Assembly (NCBI GenBank): GCA_018333605.1
Contig: JAGXSV010000023.1
Span: 9,109-73,108, forward strand
Direction of reading: 5' to 3'
DNA length: 64,000 bases
Origin: Hydrogenophaga sp.
Lineage (GTDB): Bacteria > Pseudomonadota > Gammaproteobacteria > Burkholderiales > Burkholderiaceae_C
Below are positions 49,662 to 57,434 of the stretch, piece by piece. The notes under the pieces are model-generated. The model worked only from the letters and a program-made list of their open reading frames with translations, searched no databases and was not told the origin of the DNA. Within the stretch, counting starts at the first letter, position 1; each line of letters begins with the position of its first letter. The position numbers and the translations under genes are program-made.

Positions 49662-50150
49662 ATGAACAGCAATGCACCCATCCAGGCGACAGACGCCGCC
49701 ATCGAGCCATCGGCTCAACCGGTCGAGGCCGTAGTCAAGGCTGTGGCTTCAAGCCCTGCGCAAAAGCCCCCCCGTGCCCCTGTGAGGACGCCCGAGAAGA
49801 TCGTGGCCAAGCGGGCTGTTCCAGCCGCAGCCAAGAAAGCCGTTGTGGTTCAGGCCAAGCCAGAGGTGGCCAGGCCCGAGGCCCCCAAAAAGGCAGAGCC
49901 CAAGGCCGCCAAGCTCGCGCCAACACGACCCCTGAAAGTCAAGATGGTGCGGGACAGCTTCACTTTCCCCGAAACCGAGCACAAGCGCCTGGTCGAGATG
50001 AAGAAGCGGCTCATTGCCTTAGGTACGGAAGTGAAAAAGGGAGAACTGGTTCGTGCCGGTCTTGAAATGCTGGCTGCCTTGGACAACCCGAAGCTGCTCA
50101 AGGCCGTGGCAGGCATCGAGAAGCTGAAGACCGGACGCCCGAAGAAGTGA
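49662..50150 (+). CDS. Ala/Lys/Pro-rich protein with a putative C-terminal ribbon-helix-helix domain
   Basis: Low-complexity N-terminus, then VRDSFTFP (strand), ETEHKRLVEMKKRL (helix) and KKGELVRAGLEML (helix). Confidence 0.65.
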   Translation: MNSNAPIQATDAAIEPSAQPVEAVVKAVASSPAQKPPRAPVRTPEKIVAKRAVPAAAKKAVVVQAKPEVARPEAPKKAEPKAAKLAPTRPLKVKMVRDSFTFPETEHKRLVEMKKRLIALGTEVKKGELVRAGLEMLAALDNPKLLKAVAGIEKLKTGRPKK

Positions 50151-50190
50151 GCCCCTGCAGCACTGATCTGCGCACAGGCGTTGCAAGGTC

Positions 50191-50817
50191 ATGAAGGCGA
50201 TCAGCGTCATCAATCCGAAAGGCGGCGCCGGCAAGTCGACCTTGTCGACCAATCTGGCCGGTTACCTGGCGCAGCACAGTCCGGCCGTCATGCTGGGCGA
50301 CGTGGATCGGCAACAGTCTTGCCGGCGCTGGCTTCAGAGCCGGCCCAGGGAGCTGGCGTCTATCGAGACTTGGCTGGTCGGGGCGGACGATGTGGCGCGT
50401 CCACCCAAAGGAATCACACACGCCATTCTGGATACGCCTGCGGGTTTGTCGGGCAAAGCCCTGGAAAAGGTGGTCAAGGTGTCGTCCCGCATCATTGTCC
50501 CCGTGCAGGCCTCGCCGTTTGACTTGTGGGCCACCAAGCAGTTTCTGGAACAACTGGCGGAAGTCAAGGCGGTGACCCGGGGCAAGGCTGAAGTGGCGCT
50601 GGTGGGCATGCGGGTGGATCCCCGCACGCTGGCAGCCACCCAGCTGCGCGAGTTTCTCGCCCTGCAAGGGTTTCAAACCCTGGCGATGATTCGCCCCACT
50701 CAGCTGTACGCCAGGGTGGCTGCGATGGGAGCGACCATTTTCGACGTTGCGCCTTCGCTCGCGATCCGCGAGTGCGAGGACTGGCAGCCCTTGCTGGAGT
50801 GGGTGGATGCGGGGTAG
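50191..50817 (+). CDS. ParA/MinD-family ATPase (short, no N-terminal HTH)
   Basis: Deviant Walker A KGGAGKST, DVDRQQS, ILDTP, PVQASPFD. Confidence 0.9.
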   Translation: MKAISVINPKGGAGKSTLSTNLAGYLAQHSPAVMLGDVDRQQSCRRWLQSRPRELASIETWLVGADDVARPPKGITHAILDTPAGLSGKALEKVVKVSSRIIVPVQASPFDLWATKQFLEQLAEVKAVTRGKAEVALVGMRVDPRTLAATQLREFLALQGFQTLAMIRPTQLYARVAAMGATIFDVAPSLAIRECEDWQPLLEWVDAG

Positions 50818-50892
50818 GAGACCTCCTCACCGAGCAGGCCGAGGCCTTCAACGGTAGGTTCGCGAGGTCAGCCGGGGCGCCGGGCAGACCTG

Positions 50893-52095
50893 TCAATAAA
50901 GGAGATGCGGCTCGCGTTCGACTGCCCAGGCCGTTTCGTCAGCCCGTGTGATCGCATCCAGGTCGGCGGGTGTCGCGCCCGGGTTGTCTACCCACTCACG
51001 CAGCGCGGGTCCGCCGTTGATGAGGTCGATCGCCAGGCGGTCGTGCTCGTATTCGTAGGCGAAGTCACGCCAGAGCGGGTAGTCGCGGGTCTGCAACCGC
51101 AGCGCCTTGAAGGCGAGGGCCTGCAGGCGCCAGGGTTGGAACGCGGTGTGGTCGTAGTGCGTCGGGTCTTCCACGTGAATCTGTACGCCGGCACACAGCT
51201 CGCCGGCGTGTTTGTGAAAGGTGGGCTCGAAGAAGCACTCACGCAGCACGCAGCCGCGCAGCCACTGCGGGGCGATTCGGCGCATGTCGGTGAGCAGTCG
51301 GCGGGTGTCGATGCCGGGTGCGCCAAACAGCTCCAGCGGGCGCGTGGTGCCGCGGCCTTCGCTGAGCGTTGTGCCTTCGAGCATCACGGTGCCGGCGTAA
51401 GCGCGGGCCATCCAAAGATTGGCCGCGTTGGGGCTGGGATTGACCCAGGTGCGTTCGATCGGCCAGCCGTAACCCGGGCCGCCGTCGGGCACCCAGCCTT
51501 CCATGGTGATGACGCGGTAGTCCACTTGCAGGCCAAGATGCGCAATGAACCAACGTCCGAGTTCGCCCATGGTCATGCCGTGGCGCATGGGCATGGGGCC
51601 GGCGCCCACGAAGCTTTCCCAGCCTGCGCGCAGCGTCATGCCTTCAACCGGGCGGCCCGCAGGGTTGGGGCGGTCGAGCACCCAAACGGCCTTGCCATGC
51701 TGAGCGGCGGCTTCGAGTACGTAGCGCAGCGTGGTGATGAAGGTGTAGATGCGGCAGCCCAGGTCCTGCAGATCGACCAGCAGCACATCGAAGCTGTCCA
51801 TCATGGCGTCGGTGGGGCGTCGCACTTTGCCGTAGAGGCTGAACACCGGCACGCCAAGGCGAGGGTCGAGGTAATCGGGCGACTCGACCATGTTGTCCTG
51901 CTTGTCGCCGCGCAGGCCGTGCTGCGGGCCAAAGGCGGCGGTGAGCCTGACGTCGGGTAGGGCGGCGAGTGCGTCCAGTGAATGCGTGAGCTTGCGCGTG
52001 ACCGAGGCCGGGTGGGCCAGCAGGGCAACGCGGCGACCGGCGAGTGGCGCACGCAGGGCCGGGTCTTGAATGAAGCGTTCGATGCCGAATTTCAT
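50893..52095 (-). CDS. DUF1343 exo-beta-N-acetylmuramidase NamZ-like
   Basis: FGPQHGLRG, DLQDLGCRIYTF, LDRPNP, RHGMTMGE, SEGRGTTRP. Confidence 0.88.
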   Translation of the reverse strand: MKFGIERFIQDPALRAPLAGRRVALLAHPASVTRKLTHSLDALAALPDVRLTAAFGPQHGLRGDKQDNMVESPDYLDPRLGVPVFSLYGKVRRPTDAMMDSFDVLLVDLQDLGCRIYTFITTLRYVLEAAAQHGKAVWVLDRPNPAGRPVEGMTLRAGWESFVGAGPMPMRHGMTMGELGRWFIAHLGLQVDYRVITMEGWVPDGGPGYGWPIERTWVNPSPNAANLWMARAYAGTVMLEGTTLSEGRGTTRPLELFGAPGIDTRRLLTDMRRIAPQWLRGCVLRECFFEPTFHKHAGELCAGVQIHVEDPTHYDHTAFQPWRLQALAFKALRLQTRDYPLWRDFAYEYEHDRLAIDLINGGPALREWVDNPGATPADLDAITRADETAWAVEREPHLLY

Positions 52096-52727
52096 GTGGG
52101 AGCGGAGTTCGGTAAGAAGTGCGGCAGATCGGGTGAAGGCTGGAAGCCGCCGCGGTGATGGAAATCGGGTCGTTCGTTGGGGTGACACAGCGCCCAGTAG
52201 CTGAGCTGGCCGTCGGTGGTTTCGATGACGGCGGTGAGGCCAATCTCCAGGGGCTGGCCTTGGGTGCTGTCGGGCAGGGCGTGGTGAGGCAGCCAGGCTC
52301 GCAGGGTCAGGCTGTCGGTGCCGCGCTCCAGATGCAGATCGGGCACCACGGGTGGCTGTGCCGCTTCGGCGGGTTCGTCACGCAAGCGTTCGGCACTGAA
52401 GCGGTAGGCCGCCCAGCGGCCCGACGGGGAAAAGTTGAATTCGCGGTACGCCGGTTCACCGGATCGGGCCACAAAGGCCTCGAAGCAGGTGTGTTGCCAG
52501 AGCCCGTCGGCAGGGCCGGGCGAAGCGGGTTCGGGCAGGCGAAGACGGCCCATATCACCCCGCAGTTCATAGCGCAGCAGCAGGCCAGCGCCAGCCTCGT
52601 TGCCTGCGCCGGCCAGTGTGACCTGGATCTGTAACGGCAGCACGCACGGTGTTGCCGGGTGGCAAACCAGCGCCCGCGGTGCGGCGGGCAATTGCAGGGC
52701 AGAAGGGATGAGCGCAGTGTCGGTCAC
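52092..52727 (-). CDS. DOMON-like domain protein
   Basis: DGLWQHTCFEAF, YREFNFSPSG.W, LTAVIE, SYWAL.H...PDFH. Confidence 0.8.
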   Translation of the reverse strand: MTDTALIPSALQLPAAPRALVCHPATPCVLPLQIQVTLAGAGNEAGAGLLLRYELRGDMGRLRLPEPASPGPADGLWQHTCFEAFVARSGEPAYREFNFSPSGRWAAYRFSAERLRDEPAEAAQPPVVPDLHLERGTDSLTLRAWLPHHALPDSTQGQPLEIGLTAVIETTDGQLSYWALCHPNERPDFHHRGGFQPSPDLPHFLPNSAPT

Positions 52728-52741
52728 AACCCCGTATTCTC

Positions 52742-52851
52742 TCAGGCCGCGTCGGGCTCGAATTCCCGGCGCGTGCGGTTAGTCCGACCCACCGGCGACA
52801 GCATCACCAGAACCTCCACCAGCAGGTGAGGTGGCGCTCACAAGGTGTCAT
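52742..52851 (-). pseudogene. Collapsed acr3 (arsenite efflux) remnant
   Basis: MTPCERHLT (like the Acr3 N-terminus M..FERYLT) is joined out of frame to LLVEVLVMLSPVGRTNRTRREF (like the Acr3 C-terminus VEVPVMLSLV...NRTR..F). Confidence 0.6.
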
Positions 52852-52868
52852 GCGGTGATCGAAAGGAC

Positions 52869-53372
52869 TCAAGGGGTAGCAAGGCGCCGGGCTTCGGTTT
52901 CCAGCACCAAGTGATCCAGCTGGGTCACAGGCAGACTGCTCAACAGTTCCAACCGCAGGTGCAACGCATGCAGCAGTTGTTTGAATGCGTAAAGCTGTTC
53001 GACCTGTGATTTCACCTGCCGGGTTGGATCTTCGTAACTCCAGTGCGCGGTGGCGGGGTGACCCGGCCAGACCGGGCACACTTCGGCTGCAGCTTCGTCA
53101 CACAGCGTGATGACCAAGTCCATGTGCGGCGCCTCGGCCAACGCGAAGCCATCCCAGCTTTTGCTGCGCAGCCCATCGGTGCGGATGTTGGCACTTTGCA
53201 GGGTTTGCAGCAGCAGTGGGTGCGGCGCGCCGTCCGGGCTTGGTTGGCAACCGGCCGAGTGGGCGCAAAAGCGCTGTCCACCCATGTGGTTGAGCACCGC
53301 TTCGGCCATCAGGCTGCGAACCGTGTTGTGGTTGGAGAGGAATAGGATGTGAAGAGGCTGCAGTTCGGTCAT
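52869..53372 (-). CDS. LMW-PTP-fold arsenate reductase-like protein with the P-loop Cys replaced by Ser
   Basis: ILFLSNHNTVRSLMAEA, SAG, LRSKSWD.F, ITLCD, CPVWPGHPATAHW. Confidence 0.82.
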   Translation of the reverse strand: MTELQPLHILFLSNHNTVRSLMAEAVLNHMGGQRFCAHSAGCQPSPDGAPHPLLLQTLQSANIRTDGLRSKSWDGFALAEAPHMDLVITLCDEAAAEVCPVWPGHPATAHWSYEDPTRQVKSQVEQLYAFKQLLHALHLRLELLSSLPVTQLDHLVLETEARRLATP

Positions 53373-53378
53373 GGGTAT

Positions 53379-53870
53379 TCAGGCAGTGGCGGCACTCGCC
53401 ACAGTATCGGCTAAGCGGTGGATTTTGACCATCTCGTGCTGCAACGACATCCGGTTGAGCGTTTCGATTGGCAGACGCAGCCGCCGGCAGATGTGGCGCG
53501 AGAGCACGTTGGACGCTTCACTGGACGTTCGGTGAGCTTTTTCGTCGGCGCCGTTCGCCGTGTCCGGGTTGGCCACACCCCCGCGTCCTGAATTGGGTTG
53601 CACAGGACCGCCTGGGTCGGCCTGGGCAGCGGCCTGGTTCCAGAGCATGAACACGAAGTCCATCGCCAGCGCGCCGGGCGCTGTGAACTCAGTGCGGTCC
53701 GTGCTGCGCAGGTGGTAAACCTGGTCGCGGTTACGCTGCAGCTGGTCGATGCTCCTGTGTTGGCGGCCGTGCCGTCTGCCCGCAGAGTCAGGTACGGTCG
53801 GTCTCGGGGTGGCCCGGAACTGCGCCCGGGGCGTGACGCCCCAGGCTTGGCCAGTGCAGGCGAGCGAAAC
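53379..53870 (-). pseudogene. Degenerate second arsC copy
   Basis: LRSTDRTEFTAPGALAMDFVFML...GVANP...LPIETLNRMSLQHE aligns by eye with ArsC LRSKSWDEF..PGAP.MDFVFTVCD; the redox Cys residues are lost. Confidence 0.6.
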
Positions 53871-53874
53871 CTCT

Positions 53875-54107
53875 ACGGGTGGACCGGCCCGGCCGTGCTC
53901 GATGAGAAAGCTCAGCTGGTTGTTCACACGCTCGAAGTTGGCGCGACACCTGAGGATGAGTCTCCCGCGGCTCGTTGATGGCGCCCGGCGTTAGGCATTC
54001 ACAGGCACGCTCACCACGAGATCCCTGTAGGCGCGGGGGCGCAGTCTCTGCACCAGCGCGGAACAGGCGCTACCGGCCCTGTCTTTCAGGGTGGCGGTGG
54101 TCTTCAT
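53875..54107 (-). pseudogene. arsR remnant (premature stop/frameshift, HTH deleted)
   Basis: SALVQRLRPRAYRDLVV, LTPGAI (shifted frame) and RGRLILRCRANFERVNNQLSFLIEHGRAG resemble ArsR ALAQ..RLR.FR.LV...LTPG...YRANF..MN.LL.FLTE.CC. Confidence 0.55.
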
Positions 54108-54206
54108 ATTTTTAGCTGCGCAAGAAACGGTGAAGCGATTGATCAACACGTGCCCACAGCCTGGCACCGGCAACGGCCTGGTCGCATCAGGGCAAGTCTG
54201 CCGGGT

Positions 54207-55133
54207 TCAATACCGTTCGGGAACCATCATGGACTCGGGAACCGGCTGCCGCAAATAGTCCGGGTTGCGCACACGTCCAGGAAGCACCACCTCCGGCCGT
54301 GGCACTTCGGTGTATTCGAACTGCTCCAGCAAATGATGGATGCAATTCAAGCGGGCCTTTTTCTTGTCCACCGCCTGCACCACCCACCAGGGCGCTTCGG
54401 GTATGTGGGTGCGCTCGATCATGGTTTCCTTCGCCTTGGTGTATTCCTCCCAGCGCCGGCGCGATTCGAGATCCATCGGGCTGAGCTTCCACTGCTTGAG
54501 CGGGTCGTGAATACGTCCCAGAAAGCGCAAATGCTGTTCGTCGTCGGTGATGGAAAACCAGTATTTGATGACCCGAATGCCTGAGCGCACCAACATGCGC
54601 TCGAACTCGGGGACCGAACGGAAGAACTCTTCGTATTCATCGTCGGTGCAAAAGCCCATGACCTTTTCCACGCCGGCGCGGTTGTACCAGCTGCGGTCAA
54701 ACAGCACCATCTCGCCAGCCGCTGGCAGGTGGGCCGCATAGCGCTGGAAGTACCACTGCGTGCGCTCGCGATCGTTGGGCGCAGGCAGCGCGACCACCCG
54801 ACACACTCGCGGGTTAAGACGTTGGGTGATGCGCTTGATCACGCCGCCTTTGCCCGCAGCATCGCGACCTTCAAAGAGGATCACCACTTTCTCCTTGCTG
54901 CTGGCCACCCAGTCCTGAAGCTTGACAAGTTCACCCTGCAGGCGGAACAGTTCGCGGAAATAGAGCAACCGTTGTGCTTTTTCGTCGTCGGTCTGGCGTG
55001 TGCCCGAGCCACTGCCAGGCATGCCCTCCCCGAGAAAGTGGTCCTCCATTTCCAACTCAAGCTCTTCGTCGTAGCTGTCCATCAGGTCGCGTTCAATCCG
55101 GCGGACAAGGCTTTCAGATGGGTTGACGTTCAT
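54207..55133 (-). CDS. ppk2: Polyphosphate kinase 2
   Basis: FEGRDAAGKGG, FDRSWYNRAGVE, WKLSPMD. Confidence 0.95.
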   Translation of the reverse strand: MNVNPSESLVRRIERDLMDSYDEELELEMEDHFLGEGMPGSGSGTRQTDDEKAQRLLYFRELFRLQGELVKLQDWVASSKEKVVILFEGRDAAGKGGVIKRITQRLNPRVCRVVALPAPNDRERTQWYFQRYAAHLPAAGEMVLFDRSWYNRAGVEKVMGFCTDDEYEEFFRSVPEFERMLVRSGIRVIKYWFSITDDEQHLRFLGRIHDPLKQWKLSPMDLESRRRWEEYTKAKETMIERTHIPEAPWWVVQAVDKKKARLNCIHHLLEQFEYTEVPRPEVVLPGRVRNPDYLRQPVPESMMVPERY

Positions 55134-55177
55134 GGCAGGCACTCCAGTGATCAAGGCGCAAACGTTAAAAGCTCCTT

Positions 55178-55250
55178 GTGACGGCTGTGTGACTTTTTCT
55201 GAATCTGAAATCGTCATGTCTTCGTCATGTCGATGCCACATAGGTGTCAC
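55178..55250. promoter_or_regulatory. Divergent Pho-box arrays between ppk2 and the OlsB-like gene
   Basis: Plus strand: CGTCAT 55212, CGTCAT 55223, TGCCAC 55234, TGTCAC 55245. Minus strand: AGTCAC/CGTCAC at 55189/55178. All are at 11-bp spacing. Confidence 0.7.
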
Positions 55251-55309
55251 GCACCCTCTCGAAAATAGCGCTGGTCACCACATGGTGGCGGTTCTGAGGA
55301 GCATTGCTG

Positions 55310-56176
55310 ATGAAAGAATTACCCACACCCACGCCAGACCTGTCGCCCGTGTCCGCTTTGCGGGCGTTGCGCCAGCCGCGCACAGATTTTGAGCCCCAAC
55401 CCCTGGTGAACACGTCCACCGCAGCAAGGCCGGGCGAGGCAGGCATAGAGGTATCCTGGGCGCGGCATCTGGACGAGGTGCGAGAAGCCCAGAAACTGCG
55501 ACATAGCGTGTTTGCCGGTGAAATGGGTGCGATTTTGTCGAACGCTGTTCCGGGCCACGATGTGGATCTGTTCGATGATTTCTGCGAGCACCTGCTGGTT
55601 CGTGACACCGCTTCCCGCCAGGTGATTGGCACCTACCGTGTGCTCACACCCGCCCAAGCCAAGCGCGTGGGCAGCACCTACAGCGACACCGAGTTTGACC
55701 TCACCCGACTGCGGAGCGTGCGCGAGCGCATGGTGGAACTGGGCCGCAGTTGTGTGCACCGTGACCACCGCCATGGCGGCGTGATCATGGCGCTGTGGGG
55801 TGCGTTGGCGGGCTTCATGGTGCGCAACCAGCTCGATACGATGATCGGGTGCGCCAGCATTCCCATGCAGCACGAAGGTCCGCATGGGCTGGTGGGTGGT
55901 GGTCATGCCGCAGCAAGCATCTGGCGTCAGCTCAAGGGCACGCATCTCGCGCCGATCGACTTTCACGTGCGCCCACGTCTGCCCTTGCCTATAGATCAGC
56001 TGGACGACACGCTTGATGTGGACCCGCCCGCGCTCATCAAAGGCTATCTGCGTCTGGGTGCCAAGGTGATGGGCCCTCCCGCCTGGGACCCGGATTTCAA
56101 TGCTGCCGATCTGCCCATGATCATGCGCATTTCGGACCTGCCGAACCGTTACCGCAAGCACTTTCTGGGAGCCTGA
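55310..56176 (+). CDS. GNAT N-acyltransferase (OlsB-like, ornithine-lipid synthesis)
   Basis: EAQKLRHSVF, DLFDDFCEHL, GTYRVL, ELGRSCVH, LIKGYLRLGA, DPDFN. Confidence 0.8.
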   Translation: MKELPTPTPDLSPVSALRALRQPRTDFEPQPLVNTSTAARPGEAGIEVSWARHLDEVREAQKLRHSVFAGEMGAILSNAVPGHDVDLFDDFCEHLLVRDTASRQVIGTYRVLTPAQAKRVGSTYSDTEFDLTRLRSVRERMVELGRSCVHRDHRHGGVIMALWGALAGFMVRNQLDTMIGCASIPMQHEGPHGLVGGGHAAASIWRQLKGTHLAPIDFHVRPRLPLPIDQLDDTLDVDPPALIKGYLRLGAKVMGPPAWDPDFNAADLPMIMRISDLPNRYRKHFLGA

Positions 56177-56246
56177 TCAAGTCCCTGGGTCAGGATTGAG
56201 GATTCCATGCGCAAAGCGCACCCTTGGGCCAGGAAGGAGACAAGAA

Positions 56247-57344
56247 ATGAAAATTGTGCTCATCACCGATGCGTGGAAGCCGCAAGTCAACGGCGTGGTC
56301 ACCACCTTGGTGGAGCTGGTGCGGGAGCTGCAAACTCAGCAACACGAGGTCGTGGTGATTCACCCTGGGCTATTTCGCACGTGGTCGTGCCCAGGCTCGG
56401 CCGGACTGGATCTGGCCTTGTTTCCTGGTCGCCGTCTCGGTCGCATGCTGGATGCAGCGCAACCCGATGCCGTTCACATCGCTACAGAAGGCCCTTTGGG
56501 TTGGGCTGCGCGACGTCACTGCATGCGACACAAACGGGCCTTCACGACGGCTTTTCACACCAAATTTCCAGACATTCTGCGGGCTGCGCTGGGTTTGCCC
56601 AGCTCGTGGAGCTACGCACTGTTGCGCTGCTTTCACCGCCCCAGTGCCGGTGTGATGGTGCCGACGCTTGGGGTGCTGCAGATGCTGCAGGGCAAGGGTT
56701 TCCAGAACCTGCGCGAATGGACCCACGGCGTGGACACACGCCTGTTCGCCTTTTCCACCGAGGCATCTGAATACCCCTCTCTTGGGCACCTGGCACGGCC
56801 AGTCAGTCTGTGCGTGGGACGGATGTCTGCTGAGAAAAACATTGAGGCCTTTCTGAATCTCGATGTGCCCGGCAGCAAGGTGGTTTGCGGTGCTGGGCCC
56901 ATGGAGTCCGCGTTGCGCGCTCGTTACCCTAACGTGCACTGGTTGGGCGTCTTGCCACGTCACGAACTGGCACAGGTTTACGCTGCTGCCGACGTTTTTG
57001 TGTTTCCCAGTCGCAGCGAAACGTTTGGACTGGTGATGCTGGAAGCCATGGCAAGCGGTTTGCCTGTGGCCGCCCATCCGGTGGACGGGCCTTTGCAGGT
57101 GGTGGGTGACAGTGGCGCAGGGGCCCTTCGGGAAGATCTTCACGAAGCCTGGTCGGAGGCTGTCAAAATTCCCCGCGATCAGGCCCGGGCACGCGCCTTG
57201 GTGTTTGGCTGGCGCCTCGCCGCCGAGCGGTTTGTCTCGTTTCTGGCCGTGCTGCCGCGCGAGCCTCAGACGCCGCAGCGTTTTCGCCCGACCACGGACG
57301 CTTCGAACGCGTTGCCACTGCAGCGGACAAGAATGTCACGCTGA
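56247..57344 (+). CDS. GT4 glycosyltransferase (probable glycolipid synthase)
   Basis: TDAWKPQVNGVV, HIATEGPLG, ETFGLVMLEAMASG. Confidence 0.85.
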   Translation: MKIVLITDAWKPQVNGVVTTLVELVRELQTQQHEVVVIHPGLFRTWSCPGSAGLDLALFPGRRLGRMLDAAQPDAVHIATEGPLGWAARRHCMRHKRAFTTAFHTKFPDILRAALGLPSSWSYALLRCFHRPSAGVMVPTLGVLQMLQGKGFQNLREWTHGVDTRLFAFSTEASEYPSLGHLARPVSLCVGRMSAEKNIEAFLNLDVPGSKVVCGAGPMESALRARYPNVHWLGVLPRHELAQVYAAADVFVFPSRSETFGLVMLEAMASGLPVAAHPVDGPLQVVGDSGAGALREDLHEAWSEAVKIPRDQARARALVFGWRLAAERFVSFLAVLPREPQTPQRFRPTTDASNALPLQRTRMSR

Positions 57345-57372
57345 TGTCATCATTACGTTCAATAATTGTCAA
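57334..57372 (+). promoter_or_regulatory. Pho-box array upstream of ppk1
   Basis: TGTCAC 57334, TGTCAT 57345, a degenerate unit at 57356 and TGTCAA 57367: 11-bp period. Confidence 0.7.
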
Positions 57373-57434
57373 AATGACGTAGTAGCGCTATCTGTCAGAG
57401 GGGCGGGTAGCGAGCGCATCGCCTGACGGAAATC

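Noticed and set aside
53379-53927. 182-aa ORF as a novel protein
   Set aside because: Better explained as in-frame fused remnants of the arsR 3' end and a decayed arsC.
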